DNA from: Macrostomum lignano
Taxonomy: Eukaryota
Reading direction: 5' to 3'
DNA length: 64,000 bases
Assembly: GCA_002269645.1 (NCBI GenBank)
Contig: NIVC01000831.1
Span: 62,001 to 126,000 of the forward strand
Part shown: positions 26,985 through 38,050 of the stretch, piece by piece
Numbering within the stretch: the first letter of the stretch is position 1
How the letters are laid out: every line of letters starts with the position of its first letter
Made by a program: the position numbers and the translations under genes
The notes under the pieces: generated by a model
Databases searched by the model: none
Seen by the model: the letters and a program-made list of their open reading frames with translations, nothing else
What the model was told of the DNA's origin: nothing

Positions 26985-28755
26985 TTTCTGACTCTCCCTG
27001 ACTCTCCTTTACTCTCCTCGACTCTTCCTGACTCTCACCGACTCTCCCCGACTCTCCTTTACTCTCCCTGACTTTTCCCGACTCTTTTTGACTCTCTCTG
27101 ACTCTCCCTGACTCTCCCCTGACTCTCCCCTGACTCTCCCCTGACTCTTCCCTGACTCTCCCTGACTTTTACTGACTCTCCCTGACTCTCCCTGACTTTT
27201 ACTGACTCTCCCTGACTCTCCCTGACTTTTACTGACTCTCCCTGACTCTCCCTGACTCTCCCTGACTCTCCCCTGACTCTTCCCTGACTCTCCCTGACTC
27301 TCCCTGACTCTCCCTGACTTTTACTGACTCTCCCTGACTCTCCCTGACTCTCCCTGACTTTTACTGACTCTCCCTGACTCTCCCTGACTTTTCCCGACTC
27401 TTATTGACTCTCTCTGACTTTTACTGACTCTCCCTGACTCTCCCCTGACTCTCCCCTGACTCTTCCCTGACTCTCCCTGACTCTCCCTGACTTTTCCCGA
27501 CTCTTATTGACTCTCTCTGACTTTTACTGACTCTCCCTGACTCTCCCCTGACTCTTCCCTGACTCTCCCTGACTCTCCCTGACTCTCCCTGACTTTTACT
27601 GACTCTCCCTGACTCTCCCTGACTCTCCCTGACTCTCCCCTGACTCTTCCCTGACTCTCCCTGACTCTCCCTGACTTTTCCCGACTCTTATTGACTCTCT
27701 CTGACTTTTACTGACTCTCCCTGACTCTCCCTGACTCTCCCTGACTCTCCCCTGACTCTTCCCTGACTCTCCCTGACTCTCCCTGACTCTCCCTGACTTT
27801 TACTGACTCTCCCTGACTCTCCCTGACTCTCCCTGACTCTCCCCTGACTCTTCCCTGACTCTCCCTGACTCTCCCTGACTCTCCCTGACTTTTACTGACT
27901 CTCCCTGACTCTCCCTGACTTTTACTGACTCTCCCTGACTCTCCCTGACTCTCCCTGACTCTCCCTGACTCTCCCCTGACTCTTCCCTGACTCTCCCTGA
28001 CTCTCCCTGACTTTTCCCGACTCTTATTGACTCTCTCTGACTTTTACTGACTCTCCCTGACTCTCCCTGACTCTCCCTGACTCTCCCCTGACTCTTCCCT
28101 GACTCTCCCTGACTCTCCCTGACTCTCCCTGACTTTTACTGACTCTCCCTGACTCTCCCTGACTCTCCCTGACTCTCCCCTGACTCTTCCCTGACTCTCC
28201 CTGACTCTCCCTGACTCTCCCTGACTTTTACTGACTCTCCCTGACTCTCCCTGACTTTTACTGACTCTCCCTGACTCTCCCTGACTCTCCCTGACTCTCC
28301 CTGACTTTTCCCGACTCTTATTGACTCTCTCTGACTTTTACTGACTCTCCCTGACCCTCCCCGGACTCTCCCCTGACTCTCCCCTGACTCTCCCTGAACC
28401 ACCGCGGACTCTCCCCTGACTCTCCCTGACTCTCCCTGACTTTTCCCGACTCTTCCTGACTCTCTCTGACTTTTACTGACTCCCTGACTCTCCCCTGACT
28501 CTCCCCGGACTCTCCCCTGACTCTCCCTGACTCTCCCCTGACTCTCCCCGGACTCTCCCTGACTCTCCCCTGACTCTCCCCTGACTCTCCCCTGACTCTC
28601 CCCTGACTCTCCCCTGACTCTCCTCTGACTCTCCCCTGACTCTCCCCTGACTCCCCTGACTCTACCCTGGCTCTCCCCTGACTCTCCCTGACTCTCCCTG
28701 ATTTTTACTGACTCTCCCTGACTTCCCTGACTCTCCCCTGACTCTCCCTGATTCT
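26985..28755. repeat. 10-bp minisatellite (Pax6 intron 2)
   Basis: Unit GACTCTCCCT with higher-order variants; ends ~30 nt before the acceptor. Confidence 0.97.
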
Positions 28756-28788
28756 CATCTTTACCCGCCGTCTCCCAACTCATTCCAG

Positions 28789-29027
28789 GTGTCCTCCATC
28801 AATCGGGTTCTTCGCAACCTGTCCACCGAAGCAGCGGCCGCTGGCAGCCACAGTAGCGGAGACTCGCACCATCCCCAGGCCACCGCTGCAGCAGCAGCCG
28901 CAGCAGCCGCCGCCGCAGCCGCAGCCGCTGCAAGTTTCAGTGGCGGCGGCGCGGTGTACGACAAGCTGCACCTGCTGGGAGGCCACTGGAGCCAGGCGCA
29001 CGCCGCGTGGTACGCGCAGACTCAGGT

Positions 29028-29069
<42 letters not shown>

Positions 29070-29314
29070 CCAGCAGCCAAACCAGACACCAGCGGAGCCC
29101 TACCAACTGCACCAGCAGCAACAGCAACAGCAGCAGCATCAGCACCCCGAAGCTGCTGTGTCAGCCGCCAGTTTCGCTGCCGCGGCCCTCAACGGCTTCC
29201 AGCAGGCGGCGGCGGCAGCAGCGGTGCAGGCAGCGGCAGCGGCGAACGCCAAGTCAACGGCGCCAGCAGACGAGGATGGAGATGAGGCCTGCGCCGGAGG
29301 CAGCGTAGTAGGAG
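28789..29314 (+). CDS. Pax6: Pax6 exon 3 (end of paired domain and linker)
   Basis: TTCCAG|VSSINRVLRNL; Pax6 linker motif VYDKLHLL; polyA/polyQ tracts; phase-1 donor GAG|GTGGGA. Confidence 0.88.
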
Positions 29315-29439
29315 GTGGGAAACTGAATATGTTAATGATACTACTGTTAGCATCGGTTCTGAGTAGGAAATTCAGAATATTAAAGTTTATTTCTGTGTTT
29401 TTTCTACAATTCAATTTGAGCTTTAGTTGAAAAAATTGA

Positions 29440-31088
29440 GTTGGCGGATGTGGCATCAGTCACTGAAGGATCTGAGCTGGCGGATGTGGCATCAGTCACT
29501 GAAGGATCTGAGCAGGCGGATGTGGCATCAGTCACTGAAGGATCTGAGCAGGCGGATGTGGCATCAGTCACTGAAGGATCTGAGCTGGCGGATGTGGCAT
29601 CAGTCACTGAAGGATCTGAGCAGGCGGATGTGGCATCAGTCACTGAAGGATCTGAGCTGGCGGATGTGGCATCAGTCACTGAAGGATCTGAGTTGGCGAA
29701 TGTGGCATCAGTCACTGAAGGATCTGAGCAGGCGGATGTGGCATCAGTCACTGAAGGATCTGAGCTGGCGGATGTGGCATCAGTCACTGAAGGATCTGAG
29801 TTGGCGAATGTGGCATCAGTCACTGAAGGATCTGAGCAGGCGGATGTGGCATCAGTCACTGAAGGATCTGAGCTGGCGGATGTGGCATCAGTCACTGAAG
29901 GATCTGAGTTGGCGAATGTGGCATCAGTCACTGAAGGATCTGAGTTGGCGAATGTGGCATCAGTCACTGAAGGATCTGAGCTGGCGGATGTGGCATCAGT
30001 CACTGAAGGATCTGAGCTGGCGGATGTGGCATCAGTCACTGAAGGATCTGAGTTGGCGAATGTGGCATCAGTCACTGAAGGATCTGAGCAGGCGGATGTG
30101 GCATCAGTCACTGAAGGATCTGAGCTGGCGGATGTGGCATCAGTCACTGAAGGATCTGAGCTGGCGGATGTGGCATCAGTCACTGAAGGATCTGAGTTGG
30201 CGAATGTGGCATCAGTCACTGAAGGATCTGAGCAGGCGGATGTGGCATCAGTCACTGAAGGATCTGAGCTGGCGGATGTGGCATCAGTCACTGAAGGATC
30301 TGAGTTGGCGAATGTGGCATCAGTCACTGAAGGATCTGAGTTGGCGAATGTGGCATCAGTCACTGAAGGATCTGAGCTGGCGGATGTGGCATCAGTCACT
30401 GAAGGATCTGAGCTGGCGGATGTGGCATCAGTCACTGAAGGATCTGAGCTGGCGGATGTGGCATCAGTCACTGAAGGATCTGAGTTGGCCAATGTGGCAT
30501 CAGTCACTGAAGGATCTGAGTTGGCGAATGTGGCATCAGTCACTGAAGGATCTGAGTTGGCGAATGTGGCATCAGTCACTGAAGGATCTGAGCTGGCGGA
30601 TGTGGCATCAGTCACTGAAGGATCTGAGCTGGCGGATGTGGAATCAGTCACTGAAGGATCTGAGCTGGCGGATGTGGCATCAGTCACTGAAGGATCTGAG
30701 CTGGCAGATGTGGAATCAGTCACTGAAGGATCTGAGCTGGCGGATGTGGCATCAGTCACTGAAGGATCTGAGCTGGCGGATGTGGAATCAGTCACTGAAG
30801 GATCTGAGCTGGCGGATGTGGCATCAGTCACTGAAGGATCTGAGCTGGCGGATGTGGCATCAGTACTCATAATTGATCAAAGGATCTGAGCTGGCGGATG
30901 TGGCATCAGTCACTGAAGGATCTGAGCTGGCGGATGTGGAATCAGTCACTGAAGGATCTGAGCTGGCGGATGTGGCATCAGTCACTGAAGGATCTGAGCT
31001 GGCGGATGTGGCATCAGTACTCATAATTGATCAAAGGATCTGAGCTGGCGGATGTGGCATCAGTACTCGTAATTGATCAAAGGATCTG
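29440..31088. repeat. 36-bp minisatellite (Pax6 intron 3)
   Basis: Unit GATGTGGCATCAGTCACTGAAGGATCTGAGCTGGCG, >40 copies. Confidence 0.98.
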
Positions 31089-31153
31089 AGGAAACCCCCA
31101 AGCTTTGAAGACTTTTTGCATTCATTCCTCAAACAAATCGCCCAAACCCGCAG

Positions 31154-31401
31154 ACCCCCCGGAGCCGCCCAGCTCGCCTGGCCAATCCGGCGCTGACGAG
31201 TCGTCAACTGACAGCGAGGCGGGGGCGGACAGCGACGACCTGAGGATGAGGCTGAAGCGGAAGCTGCAGAGGAACAGGACAGCCTTCACGCAGGAGCAGC
31301 TGGATTGGCTGGAGAAGGAGTTCGAGAGGACCCACTACCCGGATGTGTTCGCTAGGGAGTCTCTGTCAAAGAGGATTGGCCTACCCGAGGCCCGGATTCA
31401 G
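31154..31401 (+). CDS. Pax6: Pax6 exon 4 (homeodomain helices 1-3)
   Basis: CCCGCAG acceptor; [53 protein letters not shown]; CAG|GTGGGT donor at conserved Q|VWF. Confidence 0.95.
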
Positions 31402-31409
31402 GTGGGTCT

Positions 31410-32315
31410 CGACTGGCTCAGAGGCGATTCTTGACTGGCTCAGGGGCGATTCTTGACTGGTTCAGGAGCGATTCTTGACTGGCTCCGGGGCGATTCTTGA
31501 CTGGTACAGTCAGAGGCGATTCTTGACTGGCTCAGGGGCGATTCTTGACTGGTACGGTCAGAGCCGATTCTTGACTGTCTCAGGGGCGTTTCTTGACTGA
31601 CTGTCAAAGGCGATTCTTGACTGGTTCAGTCAGGGGCGATTCTTGACATGGTTCAGTCAGGGGCGATTCTTGACTGGTTCAGGGGCGATTCTGGAGTAGT
31701 TCAGGGCGATTCTTGACTGGGTAAGTTAGGGGCGATTCTTGACTGGGTAAGTTAGGGGCGATTCTTGACTGGGTTTAGTCAGGGGCGATTCTTGACTGGT
31801 TCAGGGGCGATTCTGGAGTAGTTCAGGGCGATTCTTGACTGGGTCAGTCAGGAGCGATTCTTGACTGGTTCAGTTAGGGGCGATTCTTGAGTAGTTCAGG
31901 GGCGATTCTTGACTGGTTTAGTCAGAGGCGATTCTTGACTGGCTCAGGAGCGATTCTTGACTGGCTCAGGAGCGATTCTTGACTGGCTCAGGGGCGATTC
32001 TTGACTGGTTCAGTTAGAGGCGATTCTTGACTAGCTCTGGGGCGATTCTTGACTGGTTCAGGGGCGATTCTGGAGTAGTTCAGGGCGATTCTTGACTAGG
32101 TCAGTCAGGGGCAATTCTTGACTGGTTCATTCAGGGGCGATTCTTGACTGGTTTAGTCAGGGGCGATTCTTGACTGGTTCAGTCAGGGGCGATTCTTGAC
32201 TGGCTCAGCAGCGATTCTTGACTGGCTCAGGGGCGATTATTGAGTAGTTCAGGGGGCCGGGGCGATTCTTGACTAGTTCAGGAGCGATTATTGACTGGTT
32301 TAGGGGCGATTCTTG
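31410..32315. repeat. ~21-26-bp minisatellite (Pax6 intron 4)
   Basis: Unit GGGGCGATTCTTGACTGG(T/C)TCA, starting immediately after the donor. Confidence 0.95.
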
Positions 32316-32461
32316 ATTGGCGCAGGGACATTTTCTTGAGCAGCTTAAGTTTAAGTTTAGGGACGATTAACAAAACCTAAATAATTTGGCTGAGCATCAA
32401 GCTAAGTCGTACATGTACACCTGAAAGGCATTTAACAGCCGCCCAAATTAATAACCAACAG

Positions 32462-32788
32462 GTCTGGTTCTCAAATCGCCGAGCAAAGTGGCGCCGCGAG
32501 GAAAAGCTTAGGAACAGCGGTCAGCCTCCTCAGCTGCCGCATCAGGAGACGCATCAGCAGCACCTTCAACAGCCGGAAGACCGGCAGCAGCAACCACCAT
32601 TTCAACAGCAACTCTACGATGCAGCATATCTAGCCAGCTCCTACCAGAGCTACGCAGCTGCACTGCAGCAGCCTCATCAGCAGTTCCAGCCTCACTACCA
32701 GACTATCTATCCATCTACTGTGGCCTACGGAACCGGCAACAATGGCTACCCACTGCCAGATCCACCCGCAGGGACTCCGGCATCCTGA
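32462..32788 (+). CDS. Pax6: Pax6 exon 5 (homeodomain end and C-terminus)
   Basis: AACAG|VWFSNRRAKWRREEKLR (S50 paired-class) then Q/P/Y-rich tail to TGA; total CDS 337+347+526+248+327=1785 nt, 594 aa. Confidence 0.93.
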   Translation, partial: VWFSNRRAKWRREEKLRNSGQPPQLPHQETHQQHLQQPEDRQQQPPFQQQLYDAAYLASSYQSYAAALQQPHQQFQPHYQTIYPSTVAYGTGNNGYPLPDPPAGTPAS

Positions 32789-33388
32789 GCTCATTTGAGA
32801 AAATATTTATTTTAAAGAAACATTCAGCCTCATTATTAATATATTGCGTGTGCGCATGTAGGGCCCCGTAATGCCAAGTACTTTTAATGGTTTTCTAATT
32901 GTTATTTTATAGCACTGCATACAAATCAACTTAGAGTGCATCTGCACTGCTGTCTCCTGCATAAAAGTACATGTCTGCATGCTCTTTCTATGAAAATATA
33001 TTTAAAAAACTAATTCAATTTTTCATTCACTTTTTGTTAAATTCGACTCAGTTGCAAATTGCAAAAATAATTTGAGCCTTCGAAACACCAATTCAGATAG
33101 GAGCTACATTTATAGCAGCATAGATATTTATAAAAAGTTTACATAGTCCAACACAATTTATAAGGAATGCTTAACCGCTGAAAAAATTCCAATTAGCTCA
33201 TAAAAACAAAGAAACAGGAAAAATAATACTACTAAAGTATTAGCTTACTTAAAGTAGCATAACGGAACAAGATCGAGAGAAATGTAGCAATATATACTAA
33301 AATAATTAAATTTCTTCGAATAAAAATAACATTTGAATCTTTGAATTAAAACCGGAGCCAAATTAAAACAAAAAACATTTAACGCCAA

Positions 33389-33525
33389 TCAAAGTTCGTC
33401 ATGATCCACCGCTTCGGGAAGGTCAAACAAGGAATCAGACAGGTCGATGTTGTCAAGCAGGTCCTCGATGCTGGGTGCTGGCTGGGCCGCCTCCTTTGCC
33501 CTCTGCTCTTCATTGAACTGGCGGA
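33389..33525 (-). CDS. Group XII secretory phospholipase A2, exon 5 (ends HDEL)
   Basis: TTTCATGCAG| phase-1 acceptor; (I)RQFNEEQRAKEAAQPAPSIEDLLDNIDLSDSLFDLPEAVDHDEL*; in frame with the exon 4 donor. Confidence 0.7.
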
Positions 33526-34064
33526 CTGCATGAAATGGGGAGGATGATGGGGCAGTGCTGTGTGATGCAGCTCAAAGTGCATCTATTCTACTGATGTGTT
33601 TTAAACACGAGAATTTGGGATCTGGCAACTCAATAACCTCAGTTAGGGCAATTGCTGAGGGCCCAGAATCTGGGGATCTGTGACTGGAGAGAAATTTCTG
33701 AAAGAAAAGCATAAAAACCTTGGCAGGTTGTCAGAGAACAGCTAATATCGTTACTTTACCACCTGAAAAATGGAAACAAATAAACCGTAACCTGACATTA
33801 AATAATCTAAGCCATTAAAGCAAGAGTAACAAACAAATATTCAAGGGGCGCAACTCACTCAATGACCTGTTTTGTTTTCTGTAAATCAATAAATCATTTT
33901 CGCGGTTGTTAAAAGTAAATTTAGTATTTAAAAATGACAATAATAACAATAATTTTAGTCTTTGCTTCATGCAAACAAGACAGCCAGGCAGATTCTGTAG
34001 AGCAAGCAAAATAGCAAGTCATCAGTGCCATTAAGCTCCCAGATTCCCTCTGCTGAGCCAGCCT

Positions 34065-35025
34065 CTCAGATCCCCATACCTCTGTCCCAGATCCCCATAC
34101 CTCCCTCCCAGATCCCCAGACCTCCCTCCCAGATCCCCATACCTCCCTCCCAGATCCCCATACCTCTGTCCCAGATCCCCATACCTCCCTCCCAGATCCC
34201 CAGACCTCCCTCCCAGATCCCCAGACCTCCCTCCCAGATCCCCAGACCTCCCTCCCAGATCCCCATACCTCCCTCCCAGATCCCCATACCTCTGTCCCAG
34301 ATCCCCATACCTCCCTCCCAGATCCCCAGACCTCCCTCCCAGATCCCCAGACCTCCCTCCCAGATCCCCATACCTCTGTCCCAGATCCCCAGACCTCCCT
34401 CCCAGATCCCCATACCTCTGTCCCAGATCCCCATACCTCCATCCCAGATCCCCATACCTCTGTCCCAGATCCCCATACCTCCCTCCCAGATCCCCATACC
34501 TCTGTCCCAGATCCCCATACCTCCCTCCCAGATCCCCATACCTCTGTCCCAGATCCCCAGACCTCCCTTCCAGATCCCCATACCTCCCTCCCAGATCCCC
34601 ATACCTCCCTCCCAGATCCCCATACCTCTGTCCCAGATCCCCATACCTCTGTCCCAGATCCCCATACCTCCCTCCCAGATCCCCATACCTCTGTCCCAGA
34701 TCCCCATACCTCCCTCCCAGATCCCCATACCTCTGTCCCAGATCCCCATACCTCCCTCCCAGATCCCCATACCTCTGTCCCAGATCCCCAGACCTCCCTT
34801 CCAGATCCCCATACCTCCCTCCCAGATCCCCATACCTCCCTCCCAGATCCCCATACCTCTGTCCCAGATCCCCATACCTCTGTCCCAGATCCCCATACCT
34901 CCCTCCCAGATCCCCAGACCTCCCTCCCAGATCCCCATACCTCCCTCACCAGATCCCCAGACCTCCCTCCCAGATCCCCATACCTCCCTCACCAGATCCC
35001 CAGATTTCCCTCCCAGATCCCCAGA
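34065..35025. repeat. 21-bp minisatellite (PLA2 intron 4)
   Basis: Unit CCCAGATCCCCATACCTCCCT. Confidence 0.97.
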
Positions 35026-35082
35026 CCCAGAGCCACCCGGGTCAAACGCTAATCACTGAAAAGCCAGCTCAATGCCGCTCAC

Positions 35083-35217
35083 TTTTGTCCTGAGCAGTTG
35101 AACCTGTAGGTTTCACTCCGCCGCCGCACACACAAGCGCTGGCCTGGGCCTCGCGGTAAAATTGGCAGCCCACCGACACCACAGTCAGGTGGAAGGCGGC
35201 AGCGGTGGCCCGGCATT
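35083..35217 (-). CDS. Group XII PLA2, exon 4
   Basis: (E)CRATAAAFHLTVVSVGCQFYREAQASACVC matches PLA2G12 C-terminal helix (C..LGC..Y...Q..AC.C); TTCCAG acceptor, AAA|GTGAGC donor. Confidence 0.85.
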
Positions 35218-35314
35218 CTGGAATGATGCAACAGTTTGACACAATTTGGCACACCTGACAGTCTGACACCCTTATATCACTTGTGTAGCCTAGCAGGAGA
35301 AAGCTTTAAACCCA

Positions 35315-36335
35315 CTCTGACACCCAATTTAATCATCCTGACACCAAATTTAATCAACCTGACACCCAATTTAATAAACCTGACACCCAATTTAATCATC
35401 CTGACACCCAATTTAATCAACCTGACACCCGATTTAATCAACCTGACACTCGATTTAATCAACCTGACACCCAATTTAATAAACCTGACACCCAATTTAA
35501 TCATCCTGACACCCAATTTAATCAACCTGACACCCAATTTAATCAACCTGACACCCTATTTAGTCAACCTGACACCCAATTTAATCAACCTGACACTCGA
35601 TTTAATCAACCTGACACCCAATTTAATCAACCTGACACCCAATTTAATCAACCTGACACCCATTTAAACCATCTGACACCCAATTTAATCAACCTGACAC
35701 CCAATTTAATCAACCCGACACCCATTTAAACCATCTGACACCCAATTTAATCAACCTGACACCCAATTTAATCAACCTGACACCCGATTTAATCAACCTG
35801 ACACCCGATTTAATCAACCTGACACCCGATTTAATCAACCTGACACCCGATTTAATCATCCTGACACCCGATTTAATCAACCTGACACCCAATTTAATCA
35901 ACCTGACACCCATTTAAACCATCTGACACACAATTTAATCAACCTGACACCCAATTTAATCAACCTGACACCCAATTTAATTAACCCGACACTCGATTTA
36001 ATCAACCTGACACCCAATTTAATCAACCTGACACCCAATTTAATCAACCTGACACCCGATTTAATCAACCTGACACCCGATTTAATCAACCTGACACCCG
36101 ATTTAATCATCCTGACACCCGATTTAATCAACCTGACACTCGATTTAATCAACCTGACACCCGATTTAATCATCCTGACACTCGATTTAATCAACCTGAC
36201 ACCCGATTTAATCATCCTGACACCCGATTTAATCAACCTGACACCCAGTTTAACCCACCTGACACCCGATTTAACCCACCTGACACCCGATTTAACCCAC
36301 CTGACACCCAGTTTAACCCAGCTGACACCCAGTTA
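35315..36335. repeat. 21-bp minisatellite (PLA2 intron 3)
   Basis: Unit CTGACACCC(A/G)ATTTAATCAAC. Confidence 0.97.
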
Positions 36336-36363
36336 GCTCAGCAACACGCATTGAGTGCCCCAC

Positions 36364-36538
36364 CTGTCAGAGCCTCATCAGATTTGATGGCTCCAGATTT
36401 GCGCATCTGCTCACACGAGTCGGCCATGCAGGCATTGAAGCTGCGGTCGCACACGGCCTGACCCCTACCGCAGGTGCCATAGCAGATGTCGTGCTTATTA
36501 CAGCAATCTGTCAGGCCAGGGAAAGCTGACACGTCGGG
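36364..36538 (-). CDS. Group XII PLA2, exon 3 (catalytic His-Asp)
   Basis: PDVSAFPGLTDCCNKHDICYGTCG...CDRSFNACM; CCCGCAG acceptor, ACAG|GTGGGG donor. Confidence 0.92.
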
Positions 36539-36683
36539 CTGCGGGTGCCATACCAGGGATTATGAGAATATAGAATTCCTTTAAGCCATTTTTTCTCTAA
36601 TCGATTACAAGCAAACAAGATTTTCATTTTTAGTATATTGGATAATACTGTAGACCAACGTAAATTAGTGATTTTTGATTTAC

Positions 36684-36751
36684 CTTGAAGCCGTGAGAGC
36701 CGCACCCGTTTGGCACTACTTTGTGATTAGGCTTGGCCTTGGGAGTTGCCC
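36684..36751 (-). CDS. Group XII PLA2, exon 2 (Ca-binding loop)
   Basis: (G)ATPKAKPNHKVVPNGCGSHGFK; CCCCGCAG acceptor, AAG|GTAAAT donor. Confidence 0.9.
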
Positions 36752-36769
36752 CTGCGGGGAAAAGGAGAG

Positions 36770-37080
36770 TGGGGGGAGAGTCAGTGAGGGGGGCAGTGAG
36801 AGTCAGTGGGGAGGCAATGAGAGTCAGTGGGGGCAGTGAGAGTCAGTGGGGGCAGTGAGAGTCAGTGGGGGGGCAATGAGAGTCAGTGGGGGGGCAGTGA
36901 GAGTCAGTGGGGGGCAGTGAGAGTCAGTGGGGGGGCAGTGAGAGTCAGTGGGGGGGCAATGAGAGTCAGTGGGGGGGGCAATGAGAGTCAGTGGGGGGGG
37001 GGCAGTGAGAGTCAGTGGAAGGCAATGAGAGTCAGTGGGGGGCAGTAAGAGTCAGTGGGGGGGGCAGTGAGAGTCAGTGG
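36770..37080. repeat. GAGAGTCAGTGGGGGGCAGT minisatellite (PLA2 intron 1; resumes ~37655-37690)
   Basis: Tandem units with variable G-run. Confidence 0.9.
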
Positions 37081-37082
37081 AA

Positions 37083-37655
37083 CCCGTCGAACTTTTCACC
37101 CGGAATTTCGCCCGGAAATTTTTGCGTTCACCCGGAATTTTTTCCTATTCCAGTAATGCAATCTGATCCGGGTGGAAATTCCGGATCTGTAACGAAAGTT
37201 TACAGAATCCGGGCGAAATTTCCGGATCAAAAAGAAAAATTCCGGAAAATAGACCCGGATCGCTAAAAAAAATCCGGTGACTGTTCCGGGTGCGATCCGG
37301 GCGAGTGAACCGGATCAACACACGAATCCGGGCTAAATTCCGGGCGACGAAAACCGGATCAACACACAATTCCGGGCGAGTGAACCGGATCAGCACACGA
37401 ATCCGGGCTAAATTCCGGGCGAGTGAACCGGATCAGCACACGAATCCGGGCTAAATTCCGGGCGAGTGGACCGGATCAGCACACGAATCCGGGCTAAATT
37501 CCGGGCGAGTGGACCGGATAGTTACAGAATTCCGGGCGAGTGGACCGGATCAACACACAATTCCGGGCGAGTGAGCCGGATCAGCACACGAATCCGGGCT
37601 AAATTCCGGGCGAGTGGACCGGATAGTTACGGAATTCCGGGCGAGTGGACGGGGG
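37083..37655. mobile_element. Foldback/MITE-like insertion with CCGG-rich subterminal repeats
   Basis: Left CACCCGGAATT units are inverted relative to right AATTCCGGGCGAGTG units; both ends read CCCGTC inward; interrupts the flanking satellite. Confidence 0.5.
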
Positions 37656-37758
37656 GAATGAGAATCAGTGGAGGGCAGTGAGAGTCAGTTTGGGATAGGC
37701 CTAAGGATAGTCAGGAGTCAGAATTAATTACTATATTACTTTAGCATACAGCACTCAC

Positions 37759-38050
37759 CATTAGGGCACTTATATACGCAATTGCCATTGTCAGGTGCAG
37801 CAAGACTTTCAAGTACATTTTCAAAACCATGAATCAGATTTTGCATTGCTTTGCCAGAAGTCTTTGTAGATTTACCATTCTTTTTGGCATCTTTGGCAAC
37901 TTGCTTTTCTAGGAAATCTTTTGGCAGTAAAGACTTAAATATGTCTTTCAATGCCTCATCATTGTTATTGGCACCTGCTGTTGCAGCTTGCAAATAGTCA
38001 ACAGAAATCAATTGAATGCAGATAATCAGCAATATAAACATTTTATCCAT
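37759..38050 (-). CDS. Group XII PLA2, exon 1 (signal peptide)
   Basis: MDKMFILLIICIQLISVDYLQA (hydrophobic signal) ... NGNCVYKCPN matches PLA2G12 DGLCQYKC; AATG|GTGAGT donor; total CDS 292+68+175+135+137=807 nt, 268 aa. Confidence 0.88.

Noticed and set aside
35069-35082. PLA2 stop codon implied by the ORF track
   Set aside because: Lies just inside a strong GTGAGC donor; an in-phase HDEL exon is a better terminus (could still be a minor isoform)
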